Assembly: GCA_964460615.1 (NCBI GenBank)
Contig: CAYWPX010000004.1
Coordinates: forward strand, 83,116-147,115
Source: an uncultured Planctomycetia bacterium
Lineage (GTDB): Bacteria > Omnitrophota > Gorgyraeia > CAYWPX01
Direction of reading: 5' to 3'
DNA length: 64,000 nucleotides
Below the pieces are notes generated by a model. The model ran no database searches. It saw nothing but the letters and a program-made list of their open reading frames with translations, and was not told where the DNA came from. This document shows positions 8,256 through 18,127 of this stretch, one piece after another (position 1 is the stretch's first letter; every line of letters starts with the position of its first letter). The position numbers and the translations under genes were made by a program.

Positions 8256-9458
8256 TTATTTCTTTACAAGTTTCGCAAAATCCTCGCCGAACTTGATACA
8301 CTTTTTTAATTCTTCTTCATCCGGAACATATTTAACCGAGATCGACGGTATCGATATATCCATTCCACCCCCTTTAAGGGCTTCTTCCATTTCTTTAACG
8401 GCTCCGCCAGCCCATCCATATGAGCCAAAAACCCCTGTTAACCTGTTTTTCACCCTCAAACCCTTCAAAAATTCTAAAAATCCCGCAATATTCGGAAGCA
8501 TGTCCACATCATGCGTCGAAGATCCTGCCAAAAAACCTTTTGCATCAAGCATCTCTGTAATTATCTCAGTCCTGTCGGACGTAGCTACATCATAGATCTT
8601 TACGCTAACTCCGGCATTTTCTATTCCTTCGCTGATGGCCCTTGCCATCTTTTCGGTAGATCCCCACATGGTTTCATAAAAAACGATCACTTTGGGTTTT
8701 GTAGAATTCTTTGTCCAGTATAAATATGAATTAATTATCTTCATCGGATCTTTTCGCCAGATTATCCCGTGACTTGGCGCTATCATTTTTATAGGTATAT
8801 TAAGCTTTATTATTTCTTCTATCTTTTTTTGGATGATCGAGCTTAATGGCCAAAGAATATTCGCATAATACTTGGCGGCTTCATCCATAAGCGCGCACTG
8901 GTCAACCTCGTCGTCAAACCGTTCGGAACTGGCCAGGTGCTGGCCGAATGCATCATTTGGCATTAATAGCTCTAATTCTTTTAAATAAGTGAACATACTG
9001 TCCGGCCAGTGGATCATGGGGGCTTCAATAAAATTGAGGGTATACTTCCCAAGTTTCAATTCATCATTTGTTTTTACAATATTAAAATCCCAACCGCCGC
9101 TTTTTTCGGGATAATAATGTTTCCATAGGCCTTCCTTACATTTACTAGTCCCGAAAAGTTTTGCCTTTGGGCATAATTTCATAACTTCAGGCAATGATCC
9201 TGAGTGGTCTGTCTCAACATGGTTTACCACAATGTAATCGATCTTTTCGGGGGGGATAACCTCTCTGATATTATTAATCAACTCGCCGGAGAATTTTCCA
9301 AGGACCGTATCTACAAGGGTTATTTTTTCATCTATTATCAGATATGCATTATAAGTTGTGCCTCTTTTTGTAGAATAGGTATGCCCATGGAAGTTCTTGA
9401 CCTCCCAATCAACCACCCCTACCGAATAAACATCTTTTAATATTTCCCTGTGTGGCAT
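8256..9458 (-). CDS. flavodiiron protein (metallo-beta-lactamase plus flavodoxin domains; O2/NO reductase)
   Basis: HVETDHSGS diiron motif, C-terminal flavodoxin fold; 400 aa. Confidence 0.9.
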   Translation of the reverse strand: MPHREILKDVYSVGVVDWEVKNFHGHTYSTKRGTTYNAYLIIDEKITLVDTVLGKFSGELINNIREVIPPEKIDYIVVNHVETDHSGSLPEVMKLCPKAKLFGTSKCKEGLWKHYYPEKSGGWDFNIVKTNDELKLGKYTLNFIEAPMIHWPDSMFTYLKELELLMPNDAFGQHLASSERFDDEVDQCALMDEAAKYYANILWPLSSIIQKKIEEIIKLNIPIKMIAPSHGIIWRKDPMKIINSYLYWTKNSTKPKVIVFYETMWGSTEKMARAISEGIENAGVSVKIYDVATSDRTEIITEMLDAKGFLAGSSTHDVDMLPNIAGFLEFLKGLRVKNRLTGVFGSYGWAGGAVKEMEEALKGGGMDISIPSISVKYVPDEEELKKCIKFGEDFAKLVKK

Positions 9459-9542
9459 TGAGTACCCCTTAAAATTTTTGCTTCAAGCCTCAGGCTACAT
9501 GCTTCTAGTTTTAAGCTTGCAGCAAACGGCCAGGAGCATTTT

Positions 9543-10439
9543 TTAATAAAACTCTTTCACCGTCTTACTTATATCAATGTTATCAATTATTTCGCCGGCC
9601 AAAACTTTGTCTTTAATCTCGCTTACCTCATCCTCATACGTCGGTCTTGATTCCCGGTAAAATATTCCTATCGGGATCCTGTCATGATTACTCAAAGCCT
9701 TCTCTATGGCCATCAATTTATTTTTAGGATCATATGATTTATCATCTTCGAGTTTATAGACTCTTTCTTTGAACCATTCATAGGTATTCTGATTATTAAA
9801 TGTTACACATGGCTGAAATATATCTACAAGGGCAAATCCCTTGTGCAACAAAGCTTCTTTCATTACATATTTAATATGGTCAAACTCCGCAACATATGTC
9901 CTTGCTACAAATGTCGCACCACCTGTAATAGCCATGGCTACGGGGTTAAATGGGCTCTCAATTGCCCCTTCGGGAGTTGATTTTGTGACAAAACCCTTTA
10001 AACTCGTCGGAGACGTCTGTCCGGTCGTAAGGCCGTATATCTCATTATTATGCACAAAATATGTTATTCCGATATTTCTTCTAGCGCTATGGACAAAATG
10101 GCACGCCCCTATTCCATAACCATCGCCATCGCCGCCACAGGCAATTACGTTGAGCTTATGGTTGGCAAGTTTTATCCCTGTTGCCAGAGGAAGCGTTCTT
10201 CCATGCAGGCCCTCAAACCCGTATGTCTTTACAAAATGGGGGTCTTTACCGGAGCAACCGATACCCGAAACAATAACCGTCATCTTTGGGTCGAGATTTG
10301 CTTCAGATATGGCAGCCTTCAGGCTGTTTAATAAGCCGTAGTCACCGCATCCGGGGCACCAGGTAGGGTTGTATTTGGTTTTTAGATCTAATGGAGTAGC
10401 CATAGTATTTAGTTTCCACGTCACAAGATCACAAGACAC
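9543..10439 (-). CDS. 2-oxoacid:ferredoxin oxidoreductase beta (TPP-binding) subunit
   Basis: CPGCGDYG and GGDGDG TPP-binding motifs; 298 aa. Confidence 0.9.
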   Translation of the reverse strand: MSCDLVTWKLNTMATPLDLKTKYNPTWCPGCGDYGLLNSLKAAISEANLDPKMTVIVSGIGCSGKDPHFVKTYGFEGLHGRTLPLATGIKLANHKLNVIACGGDGDGYGIGACHFVHSARRNIGITYFVHNNEIYGLTTGQTSPTSLKGFVTKSTPEGAIESPFNPVAMAITGGATFVARTYVAEFDHIKYVMKEALLHKGFALVDIFQPCVTFNNQNTYEWFKERVYKLEDDKSYDPKNKLMAIEKALSNHDRIPIGIFYRESRPTYEDEVSEIKDKVLAGEIIDNIDISKTVKEFY

Positions 10440-10487
10440 AGGTCAAACATATTTATTTACTTGTGTCCTGGTGCTCTGGTGAACTTG

Positions 10488-12224
10488 CTATCTTAATATC
10501 TCTTTCGCTTTATTATAAATATCAACCGGACAAAACGGTTGCCCGTCATATTTTAAGTACTGGTGGCTTAAATCAAAACCTGTATTTTCTTTTATAAGCC
10601 CCATCATCTGGCCTGTCTTATTTGCCTCAATACCAAGTGTCAATTTTGCTTCTTTGATCGTCTTTTCAACAACGCTTTTTGGAAATGGCCATATATAAAC
10701 GATGTGCAGAAAATTAATTATAATATTTTCTTTTTTCAACATCTCCATAGCTTCTAGTATTGAACCCTTAGTTGACCCCCACGCTATTATTGTAAGTTCA
10801 GCATCAACCGGCCCATACAGTTTTGGCTTGGGCAAAGCCTCTTCGATCAATTTTAATTTGGAAAATCTTTTATCCATCATTTTTACTGCGTTAAGAGTAT
10901 CGTCCCCGTAATAACCGTATTCATCATGCTCGTAGCTCGTCGCAAGATGGAGACAATTCGGCTGGCTTGGTATAGCTCGCGGCGAGATCCCGTCAGAGGC
11001 AAAAACATATCTTTTGTAATCAGAGATATTTTGGGCTTCGACTTCGCTCAGAAGCTTACCTCTTGTTATTTTAAGGTCCTTGTCGCTGAACTCGTCGTTA
11101 GTGATATAGCTTTCGACCAGATATTTGTCCGTTAAGATCAAGACCGGAAGCTGAAAAATTTCAGCCAAATTAAAAGCATTGAATGTATCAAAAAAACATT
11201 CATTAATATCTCCCGGCGCGATAACGATCCTCGGAAATTCACCTTGTGATGCGTGAATAAGAAATCTTAGATCCCCTTGAGAAGTGTGCGTCGGCTGTCC
11301 GGTCGAAGGCCCCGGCCTTTGGCCTACTACAACTACTACCGGCGTCTCTGACTGGCCCGCCATACCCAATGCCTCTGTCATAAGAGCAAATCCGCCTCCG
11401 GAGGTGCAGGTCATCCCTCTCGCTCCGGCATAATTGGCGCCTATCGCCATATTCATAGCAGCGATCTCATCTTCCGTATGCTTTACAACTATCCTATACT
11501 CTACGGCCTTTGCTGCCAGATAATGGAGTATGGCGGATGATGGCGTCATAGGGTACGCAGATAAAAATTTACACCCGGCTTTTATAGCTCCCAAAGAAAG
11601 CGCCTCATTACCGTTAATAAGCATCCTGGCTGACTTTTCGAATCTTGCGATCCTGCAAAGATCACAGGAGATAGAATTATTCTTGATAAAATTAAATCCC
11701 GTTTCAAATGCTTCGATATTTTGTCTGACAAGCTCCTCGCCTTTCCTTAGGAATTGGTCTTTTATAAGAGCTTCCATTATCGCCGGGTTATAATCTACCA
11801 AAGATAATATTGCCCCGACAACTATCGTATTTTTCAATAATTCAGGGAAATTCTTTTCTTTAATTAATTTTGATAGCGGTATTTCTAGATAGCTGATATC
11901 TTGTCTTCTGATATTCGGGTCAAATTTGACCGTCTCCGGATCAAAAATAACATAGCCATTCGGCGAAACTTCCGCATGATGGCGCTCAATGTCTCCCTTA
12001 AACAGGCATGCAAGCATATCTACTTTATGAGTGTGGCTGGTAAGGGGGCTTTCGCTGACCCTAAGAGTACAGGAAGCAGGTTCCAGTTTTATGGAATTTG
12101 GGTTATCAGTAAGTAAAAATACGTGGTAACCTTTTTTTGTAAAAGCCTTGGCAAGCGTAAGAGCTGATACATTGATGCCCTGCCCGGCTTCTCCGGCAAT
12201 TTTTATCGAGATTTCACTATTCAT
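10488..12224 (-). CDS. 2-oxoacid:ferredoxin oxidoreductase alpha subunit with fused N-terminal gamma domain
   Basis: N-terminal IAGEAGQG (gamma-domain hallmark) followed by alpha domains; 578 aa; paired with beta gene downstream. Confidence 0.9.
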   Translation of the reverse strand: MNSEISIKIAGEAGQGINVSALTLAKAFTKKGYHVFLLTDNPNSIKLEPASCTLRVSESPLTSHTHKVDMLACLFKGDIERHHAEVSPNGYVIFDPETVKFDPNIRRQDISYLEIPLSKLIKEKNFPELLKNTIVVGAILSLVDYNPAIMEALIKDQFLRKGEELVRQNIEAFETGFNFIKNNSISCDLCRIARFEKSARMLINGNEALSLGAIKAGCKFLSAYPMTPSSAILHYLAAKAVEYRIVVKHTEDEIAAMNMAIGANYAGARGMTCTSGGGFALMTEALGMAGQSETPVVVVVGQRPGPSTGQPTHTSQGDLRFLIHASQGEFPRIVIAPGDINECFFDTFNAFNLAEIFQLPVLILTDKYLVESYITNDEFSDKDLKITRGKLLSEVEAQNISDYKRYVFASDGISPRAIPSQPNCLHLATSYEHDEYGYYGDDTLNAVKMMDKRFSKLKLIEEALPKPKLYGPVDAELTIIAWGSTKGSILEAMEMLKKENIIINFLHIVYIWPFPKSVVEKTIKEAKLTLGIEANKTGQMMGLIKENTGFDLSHQYLKYDGQPFCPVDIYNKAKEILR

Positions 12225-12281
12225 AAGTTTGCACCGATTATGGACATTTTATTATTTAGAAAATCATCGACCGATATCTAT

Positions 12282-13238
12282 TTAAATGCCCGAAGCCTTT
12301 ATAACTTTTTTTATCGCTTCGGCTGAGAATATTAATTCATTTTCTTCTTTTTTGTTAAGTCCTATATTTAAAACTTCCCTTATCCCGTCTTTATTAACCA
12401 CCGCCGGAAGGCTGAGATAAACATCTTTTATCCCGAGATATCCGTTAACCAGGTTTGATACCGGAAGTATAGAATTCTGGTCTTTAAGTATCGCTTCTGT
12501 TATTTTTACAAGTGCAAGGCCAATACCATAAGAAGTCTCGTGCTTTCTCTCGATTATTTTATATGCTGAATCTCTGACTTCCTTGAAAATCCCGTTAAAA
12601 TATGCCTCCTTATCGCAGGTATCCTTGTCTTTGCAAAAAAGACAAAAATCATCTATGGGAACTCCGCCAATCATTGCCTTACTCCATACTGCAAACTCTG
12701 TATCACCATGCTCTCCGAGAATATAAGCATGCACATTCCTCGGATCTACGTGGCAATGATGGCTGATCATAAATCTAAATCTTGCCGAATCAAGGACAGT
12801 CCCCGACCCTATGACCTTATTAGAAGGCTTGCCCGAAAGTTTATAGGCAGCATATGAAAGAACATCGATAGGATTTGTAACAACGAGTATAATTGAATCG
12901 GGAGAATTTTTCATGATCTGGGGAATAATATCCCTGTAAAGCCCTACATTATCCTTTGCCAGGTCCATGCGCGTCTGGCCGTCTTTTTGTTTTTTCCCGG
13001 CTGTTATCACTACCAGATCAGAATCTACGATATCTTTATAGTCTCCTGCAATAATATGGCACGGGGAGATAAACGGCGCGCCATGCGATAGGTCCATAAC
13101 CTCGCCTTCTGCCCTTCGTTTATCAGCGTCTATCATTACAATCTCGCGGGCAATGCCCTTCATTAAAAGAGCATACGCATATCGCATCCCGACATTACCG
13201 GCACCTATAATTGAAACTTTTGGTTTTAATAATTTCAT
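12282..13238 (-). CDS. L-lactate/malate dehydrogenase (LDH-like family)
   Basis: VSIIGAGNVG Rossmann start, catalytic HG..., 318 aa. Confidence 0.85.
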   Translation of the reverse strand: MKLLKPKVSIIGAGNVGMRYAYALLMKGIAREIVMIDADKRRAEGEVMDLSHGAPFISPCHIIAGDYKDIVDSDLVVITAGKKQKDGQTRMDLAKDNVGLYRDIIPQIMKNSPDSIILVVTNPIDVLSYAAYKLSGKPSNKVIGSGTVLDSARFRFMISHHCHVDPRNVHAYILGEHGDTEFAVWSKAMIGGVPIDDFCLFCKDKDTCDKEAYFNGIFKEVRDSAYKIIERKHETSYGIGLALVKITEAILKDQNSILPVSNLVNGYLGIKDVYLSLPAVVNKDGIREVLNIGLNKKEENELIFSAEAIKKVIKASGI

Positions 13239-13552
13239 TTAAATTCCTGTTTTCGATTTTCGGTTTTCGGTTTGCGTTGAACGTAAACCGAAAACCGTTA
13301 ATCGTTTTTTATTAAAATCAAACTAACTTAGTAAATAATTTAATATCCTCTCCGCAAAAAAAATGGGTAGTTTAACGTCTTGCCCAACCCCGACGTTAAT
13401 TTATTATTAGGTCGGGGCTCCGACCTACCTAAGGCAACATCGGGTAGCATCGGAGGACTACTTCAACAGCCTTCTTTGCAATGAGCCATTTCTCGTACTA
13501 AATACGACACATTCTTTACGTTCTTTTTCATTTTTATCACCCCTTTACAATC

Positions 13553-13940
13553 CAACCGAATGCATGAAAATTATTTTGGATCTTTTCATCAAAAAAATTT
13601 TCATGTTTCTTATGAGGTTGGATAACTCCTCAATAACCCAACTGAATGTATTAAAATTATTTTGAATCTTTATATCAAAAAAATTTTAACACTTCTTACC
13701 CTCTGCAATTCGAAGAATTGCGAGGACTTAGTCCCGGAAATGCTACGCATTTCACGGGGTGAAACTGGGCATATCTTCGATCCAGCTGAATGTGCTAAAA
13801 TTATTTCGGAGGTTTTTATCGAAAGAATTTTAGTACTTATTATGAAGCTGGATAATTCCTTTAAAACCCAGCCGAATATACTAAAATTATTTTGGTTTTT
13901 TCATCAAAAGAATTTTAGTACATGTTATGAGGCTGGGTAT
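13553..13940. repeat. four tandem ~88-nt imperfect-palindromic repeats in an 800-nt non-coding gap
   Basis: units begin CCARCYGAATG... AAAATTATTTYGG ... AATTTTAGTAC ... TTATGAGGCTGG at ~13553, 13641, 13782, 13869; fifth copy at 15411-15481. Confidence 0.75.
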
Positions 13941-14050
13941 ATTTTCAATTCAACCGGACTTTATATCATTATACCTTTTTTACCCTTATGCAGCAATGCC
14001 TAAAGGTACCTAATAATTGACTTTTTTCGCCTTTTTTCTTACATTCAAAC

Positions 14051-15337
14051 CTATTTTAATATGCTCTTTAAATCTTCTTTGGCAGTTGTTATCAAATGAA
14101 GATCAAATTTTTCCTGCAATATCCCCATCACGTTTTTTGATATAAAAGCAGGAGCAGTCGGTCCTATGTATATGCCTTTTATGTTAAGATATAATAGACT
14201 CAATAATATTGCAACTGCTTTCTGTTCAAACCAAGAAAGTACCATAGTCAGCGGCAATTCGTTTACTCCAACATTAAATGCTTTTGAAAGCGCCAGAGCG
14301 ACCTGGATCCCAGAATACGCATTATTGCACTGGCCTATATCAAGAAGTCTTGGGATCCCATCGATGTTCCCGAAATCATATTTATTGAACCTGTACTTAC
14401 CGCAGGCTACCGTAAGTATAACGCAATCTTTGGGTACACTTAAAGCAAAATCTGTATAGTAATTTCTTCCCGGTTTTGCTCCATCGCATCCGCCGATCAA
14501 AAAGAAATGTTTTATCTTCCCGGATTTTACTGCATCAATTATTTTATCAGCGATCCCGAGTATTGCCGTATGGTGAAATCCCGTCATGATCTTTTTACCC
14601 GGCGCTTCCGGCAGCCCCGGCAAAGACTTGGCCAATCTTATTAGTTCTGTAAAATCCCTGTTTTTTATATGCTTAGCGCCCGGAATACCCGTAACATTTT
14701 TCGTAAATAACCTGTCCAGATATGAATTTTCCGGCGGTATCAGAACACAGTTAGTTGTAGCAAGTATTGCGCCGCTAAATTCATTAAACTCTTTTTTTTG
14801 TTCTTGCCACGCTCCGCCGTAATTCCCAACCAGATGTTTAAATTTTTTTAGTTCCGGATAGCCGTGCGCCGGAAGCATTTCACTATGTGTATAGATATTA
14901 ATTCCTTGCCCCTCGGTCTGCTTCAATAATTCATACAGGTCCAGAAGGTCATGCCCCGTTACTAAGATACCCGGGCCCTTTCTTGTCCCTGTCTCTACTT
15001 CCGTCGGGACCGGATTGCCGAACTCCTCTGTGTGAGCCTTATCCAATAGCTCCATGACCCTCAGATTCATCTGGCCGCATTTTAGGACCATCTCAAGGTG
15101 CTGATTAAGGTCAAAGCTCACGTTCGTAATTGTCTTAAAAAGCGCTTCGTGCATAAAAGCATCAACCTCTTCGTCTTTTGCGCCCAATTCTCTAGCATGA
15201 TATGCATAGGCGGCAATGCCTTTTAGCCCGTATAAAAGTATATCCTGCAAGCTCTGAATATCTTCATTCTTTCCGCAAACACCTACTTTTGTGCAGCCGC
15301 TTCCGCCTGCTGTCTGTTCACACTGATAGCAAAACAT
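14051..15337 (-). CDS. hcp: hybrid-cluster protein (hydroxylamine reductase), short class
   Basis: MFCYQCEQT...GVCGK N-terminal cubane Cys cluster; 428 aa; AAGGAGG RBS. Confidence 0.92.
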   Translation of the reverse strand: MFCYQCEQTAGGSGCTKVGVCGKNEDIQSLQDILLYGLKGIAAYAYHARELGAKDEEVDAFMHEALFKTITNVSFDLNQHLEMVLKCGQMNLRVMELLDKAHTEEFGNPVPTEVETGTRKGPGILVTGHDLLDLYELLKQTEGQGINIYTHSEMLPAHGYPELKKFKHLVGNYGGAWQEQKKEFNEFSGAILATTNCVLIPPENSYLDRLFTKNVTGIPGAKHIKNRDFTELIRLAKSLPGLPEAPGKKIMTGFHHTAILGIADKIIDAVKSGKIKHFFLIGGCDGAKPGRNYYTDFALSVPKDCVILTVACGKYRFNKYDFGNIDGIPRLLDIGQCNNAYSGIQVALALSKAFNVGVNELPLTMVLSWFEQKAVAILLSLLYLNIKGIYIGPTAPAFISKNVMGILQEKFDLHLITTAKEDLKSILK

Positions 15338-15354
15338 TTAAACCTCCTTAATGG

Positions 15355-15404
15355 CCCCTACCGTTTTGATTCGCTTTTGCGAATGCAAAACGAATCAGTA
15401 GGGG
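15355..15404. promoter_or_regulatory. 48-50-nt near-perfect palindrome in hcp leader; second copy at 54467-54514
   Basis: CCCCTACCGTTTTGATTCGCTTTTGCGAATGCAAAACGAATCAGTAGGGG, 5 nt before AAGGAGG RBS of hcp; near-identical copy upstream of gltB-like gene. Confidence 0.6.
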
Positions 15405-15410
15405 GAATTA

Positions 15411-15481
15411 CTTCGTCGAATGTGTCAAAATTATCAGATATTTTTATATCTGAAAATTTTGATACTTTTTATGAGACGAAG
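15411..15481. repeat. solitary copy of the 88-nt hairpin repeat in hcp upstream region
   Basis: cttcgtcgaatgtgtcaaaattatcag...ctgaaaattttgatactttttatgagacgaag, internally palindromic. Confidence 0.65.
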
Positions 15482-15511
15482 TTATCTTAATTGGTCCCTT
15501 TTTAGGGACGA

Positions 15512-16237
15512 CTACAAATAAATCTCTTCGGCAAGTTCCTTGCCTTTTTTTGTCAGCATTACTTTATCAATAAGATCTTTAAGCTTATCCTTATCTTTCA
15601 GGTCAAATTCATCTTTTATATTTACCAGCCAATCCGCATCGGTTAAAATCCTGAAATTCGTTGTATCTATAGCATTGAGAGTATGATGATGAGCAATGAT
15701 CTCGCAAACCTCTTTAATATCATTTTTCTTCAACCCGACTTCTAACATTATTTTCTCGGCAATTTTTGGACCTTCCATCTCCTGATACTTACCGGCATTG
15801 GATCCATATTTCTCTTCGGCAGCCTTTATGCCAACATCATGGAGAACGCTTGCCGGTATAACTATATTCCAGTCGCCTCCCTCAGCTCTAAGTATAATTT
15901 CAGCATACTCCAAAACTTTTTTTGCATGATTTATTCGTTTTAAATCGCTTCCAAAGTAAGTTTCAAGCTCTTTAATAAGTTTTTCTTTTAAAGTACATGA
16001 TTTTGTTTCCATAAACTCATTATATGTTTTTGCGCCGATGCATTCCTTGGCGTAATTGCACCAATTTATGCAGCTTTTGTCTCCCTCGGCTTTAAAAACA
16101 GTCTTTCCGCAGTTGGTGCAAAGTGTTTTTATCTCGTCAGACCATATCTCGACATTTTCACCGCAAAACTGGCACCTGATCTCTTCGGGCTTAGGTTCTC
16201 TAAAATCTTTCGCTCCCGGACAATGATTATTAAACAT
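15512..16237 (-). CDS. HD-domain phosphohydrolase with N-terminal Cys-rich zinc-ribbon region
   Basis: N-terminal CxxC..CxxC..C motifs; C-terminal VLHDVG ... IIAHHH HD motifs. Confidence 0.6.
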   Translation of the reverse strand: MFNNHCPGAKDFREPKPEEIRCQFCGENVEIWSDEIKTLCTNCGKTVFKAEGDKSCINWCNYAKECIGAKTYNEFMETKSCTLKEKLIKELETYFGSDLKRINHAKKVLEYAEIILRAEGGDWNIVIPASVLHDVGIKAAEEKYGSNAGKYQEMEGPKIAEKIMLEVGLKKNDIKEVCEIIAHHHTLNAIDTTNFRILTDADWLVNIKDEFDLKDKDKLKDLIDKVMLTKKGKELAEEIYL

Positions 16238-16297
16238 TGGTTTTTCTCTTTTTTAATTTTTCGATGTACTATGTACGAAGTACGATATACTGTTTTT

Positions 16298-17158
16298 CTA
16301 CACCCATTCTTCGCTTAATATTTCTCCTTCAATGCTCACAACGATAGCTTTAACCGGAATTTTCCTTTTTGCCCGGCTGGCCGCTGATTTCGCAAGATTC
16401 AACAAACCGCCACAACACGGAACCTCCATAATCATTACGGTAATGGTATTTATCTTCGCATCATCTATCAGCTGAATAATTTTTTCTTCATATATTTCAA
16501 GCCCTTCGTCAAGTTTCGGGCATGCTATTGCCAGAGATTTACCTTTTAAAAAACCGGTATGAAAATTTCCCAGGGCGTATGCCACGCAGTCTGCCGAAAG
16601 TACTACATCGGCATTCTTAAAATATGACGCTCCCGGATTAACTAAATGCAGTTGCACCGGCCATTGCCTGAGCTTTGATTTTACATCTATTTTTTCATCT
16701 ATGGGTGCCGATGAAACATCCTTTTTTCTAAAATCCATTGCCTTTGATCCCGGGCAAGGCGAAAAACCGTGTGCATGCATAGATCTTATCCCTTCATTTT
16801 CTTTTAACGGGTTTTCCAAATTATTTTCTTCCAGGTATTTAATAGCTTCTTTTAAATATTCTGACTCATTATGGTCTTTTAAATGCAAAAGGTGAGCAAT
16901 CATGACATTTTTACCCTGTTTTACGATATTAGCCATAACCTTAGATTCATCGTACTTTTCTGCAACTCTCTCCTCTATATATATAGCGCCCAGGGGGCAA
17001 TGCCCGATACAAGCACCCAATCCATCGCAAAATAAGTCGCTTATTAGCCTCGCCTTTCCATCAATTATCTGGAGCGCCCCTTCAGGACAATTGGGGATAC
17101 AACTGCCGCAACCGTTGCACTTTGTTTCATCAATGTTAATTATTTTTCTTTTTGACAT
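16298..17158 (-). CDS. 4Fe-4S dicluster ferredoxin-domain protein with C-terminal CCG-like Cys motif
   Basis: CNGCGSCIPNCP and CDGLGACIGHCP then C-x35-CCGG (half CCG-domain-like); start abuts stop of the Rrf2 gene. Confidence 0.55.
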   Translation of the reverse strand: MSKRKIINIDETKCNGCGSCIPNCPEGALQIIDGKARLISDLFCDGLGACIGHCPLGAIYIEERVAEKYDESKVMANIVKQGKNVMIAHLLHLKDHNESEYLKEAIKYLEENNLENPLKENEGIRSMHAHGFSPCPGSKAMDFRKKDVSSAPIDEKIDVKSKLRQWPVQLHLVNPGASYFKNADVVLSADCVAYALGNFHTGFLKGKSLAIACPKLDEGLEIYEEKIIQLIDDAKINTITVMIMEVPCCGGLLNLAKSAASRAKRKIPVKAIVVSIEGEILSEEWV

Positions 17159-17566
17159 CTAGCCCTCATTATTTATAAGAGACCCTATACTTACACCTTT
17201 TAACTCATCAAATACTTTCTTTTCTATAGAATCAATTTTCTTTTTCAAAGCACAGGTAGCTCTGTTAGGACAAAGCTTTTTTTTGAAAAAACACTCATTA
17301 AGCCTGAGTCTTCCCTGAAAGATTTGTATCAGGTCCGTGATCAGGATTTTTTTGGCCGGCCTTACCAGCTTAAATCCGCCGCCTATTCCCTTATAAGACG
17401 CGAGCAGACCCGCTTTATTCAGTTTCTGAAGTATCTTCCTTAAAAATGGCCTTGGTATCTTGAGCGTCTTAACCATCTCCGCAACGCTTACGAGCCTGTC
17501 CTCAGAACTTGCCATATACGAAACCGCTCTTACGGCATAATCTGTATCTCTTTTAATTAATTTCAT
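17159..17566 (-). CDS. Rrf2-family transcriptional regulator (IscR/NsrR-like, three-Cys Fe-S site)
   Basis: N-terminal wHTH (DYAVRAVSYMA...), C-terminal NECFFKKKLCPNRATC. Confidence 0.85.
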   Translation of the reverse strand: MKLIKRDTDYAVRAVSYMASSEDRLVSVAEMVKTLKIPRPFLRKILQKLNKAGLLASYKGIGGGFKLVRPAKKILITDLIQIFQGRLRLNECFFKKKLCPNRATCALKKKIDSIEKKVFDELKGVSIGSLINNEG

Positions 17567-17604
17567 TTATTCGCTTCCTTTAAACTGATTGCAAATTTAT
17601 TAAC

Positions 17605-17640
17605 TGACTAAATGATACCACATTAGTATCATTTAGTCAA
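17605..17640. promoter_or_regulatory. 14-bp perfect inverted repeat 40-75 nt upstream of Rrf2 regulator (candidate auto-operator)
   Basis: TGACTAAATGATAC-cacatta-GTATCATTTAGTCA. Confidence 0.55.
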
Positions 17641-17762
17641 GTAAAACTTCTCACAAGAGAGCCCCCTTACCCCTTCCTACCTGGTAAGGGGGCTCTCCTA
17701 CGAAGAGATGCCCCTTATCCCTTCCTACCTGGTAAGGGGGTAATTTCACATAAATAAGTTTC

Positions 17763-18101
17763 CTACTGGAGTTGTATTTCGACTGATTTTGCTACTTGCA
17801 TAAAAGAGGCAGGGTCAACAAAATATTCCACTATCACATGATCGTCAATATTAAGTTCGGCTATATCTATAAATTCGCCGCCTTTATAGATCTTGGTATC
17901 TTCGGTAATTTTGAAGGATTTCATCATATAGTCAAAATCATCATAGTCCATAAGCCATTTAATTTCAAATGTAGATGCAAGAGTATCCACATTCGTAACA
18001 TCTCCTTCAAGCGTCTTAACTTCCTGGGCAAATAAATTATTTGCATTAAAAAATATCAGGGCGGATATCATTATTATTAAAAAATATATTATTTTTTTCA
18101 T
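17763..18101 (-). CDS. small secreted protein, unknown function
   Basis: 112 aa with signal peptide MKKIIYFLIIMISALIFFNANNLFA. Confidence 0.45.
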   Translation of the reverse strand: MKKIIYFLIIMISALIFFNANNLFAQEVKTLEGDVTNVDTLASTFEIKWLMDYDDFDYMMKSFKITEDTKIYKGGEFIDIAELNIDDHVIVEYFVDPASFMQVAKSVEIQLQ

Positions 18102-18127
18102 AGCATTAAATCTCCTTTAATGAACGT

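Noticed and set aside
13395-13470. tRNA-like GC-rich stem-loops
   Set aside because: No T-loop GTTCRANYC or acceptor/anticodon geometry; kept only as part of the non-coding gap finding.
13662-14003. 113-aa plus-strand ORF in the ldh-hcp gap
   Set aside because: Spans the tandem 88-nt repeats; the protein is low-complexity translated repeat sequence with no RBS; region better explained as non-coding repeats.
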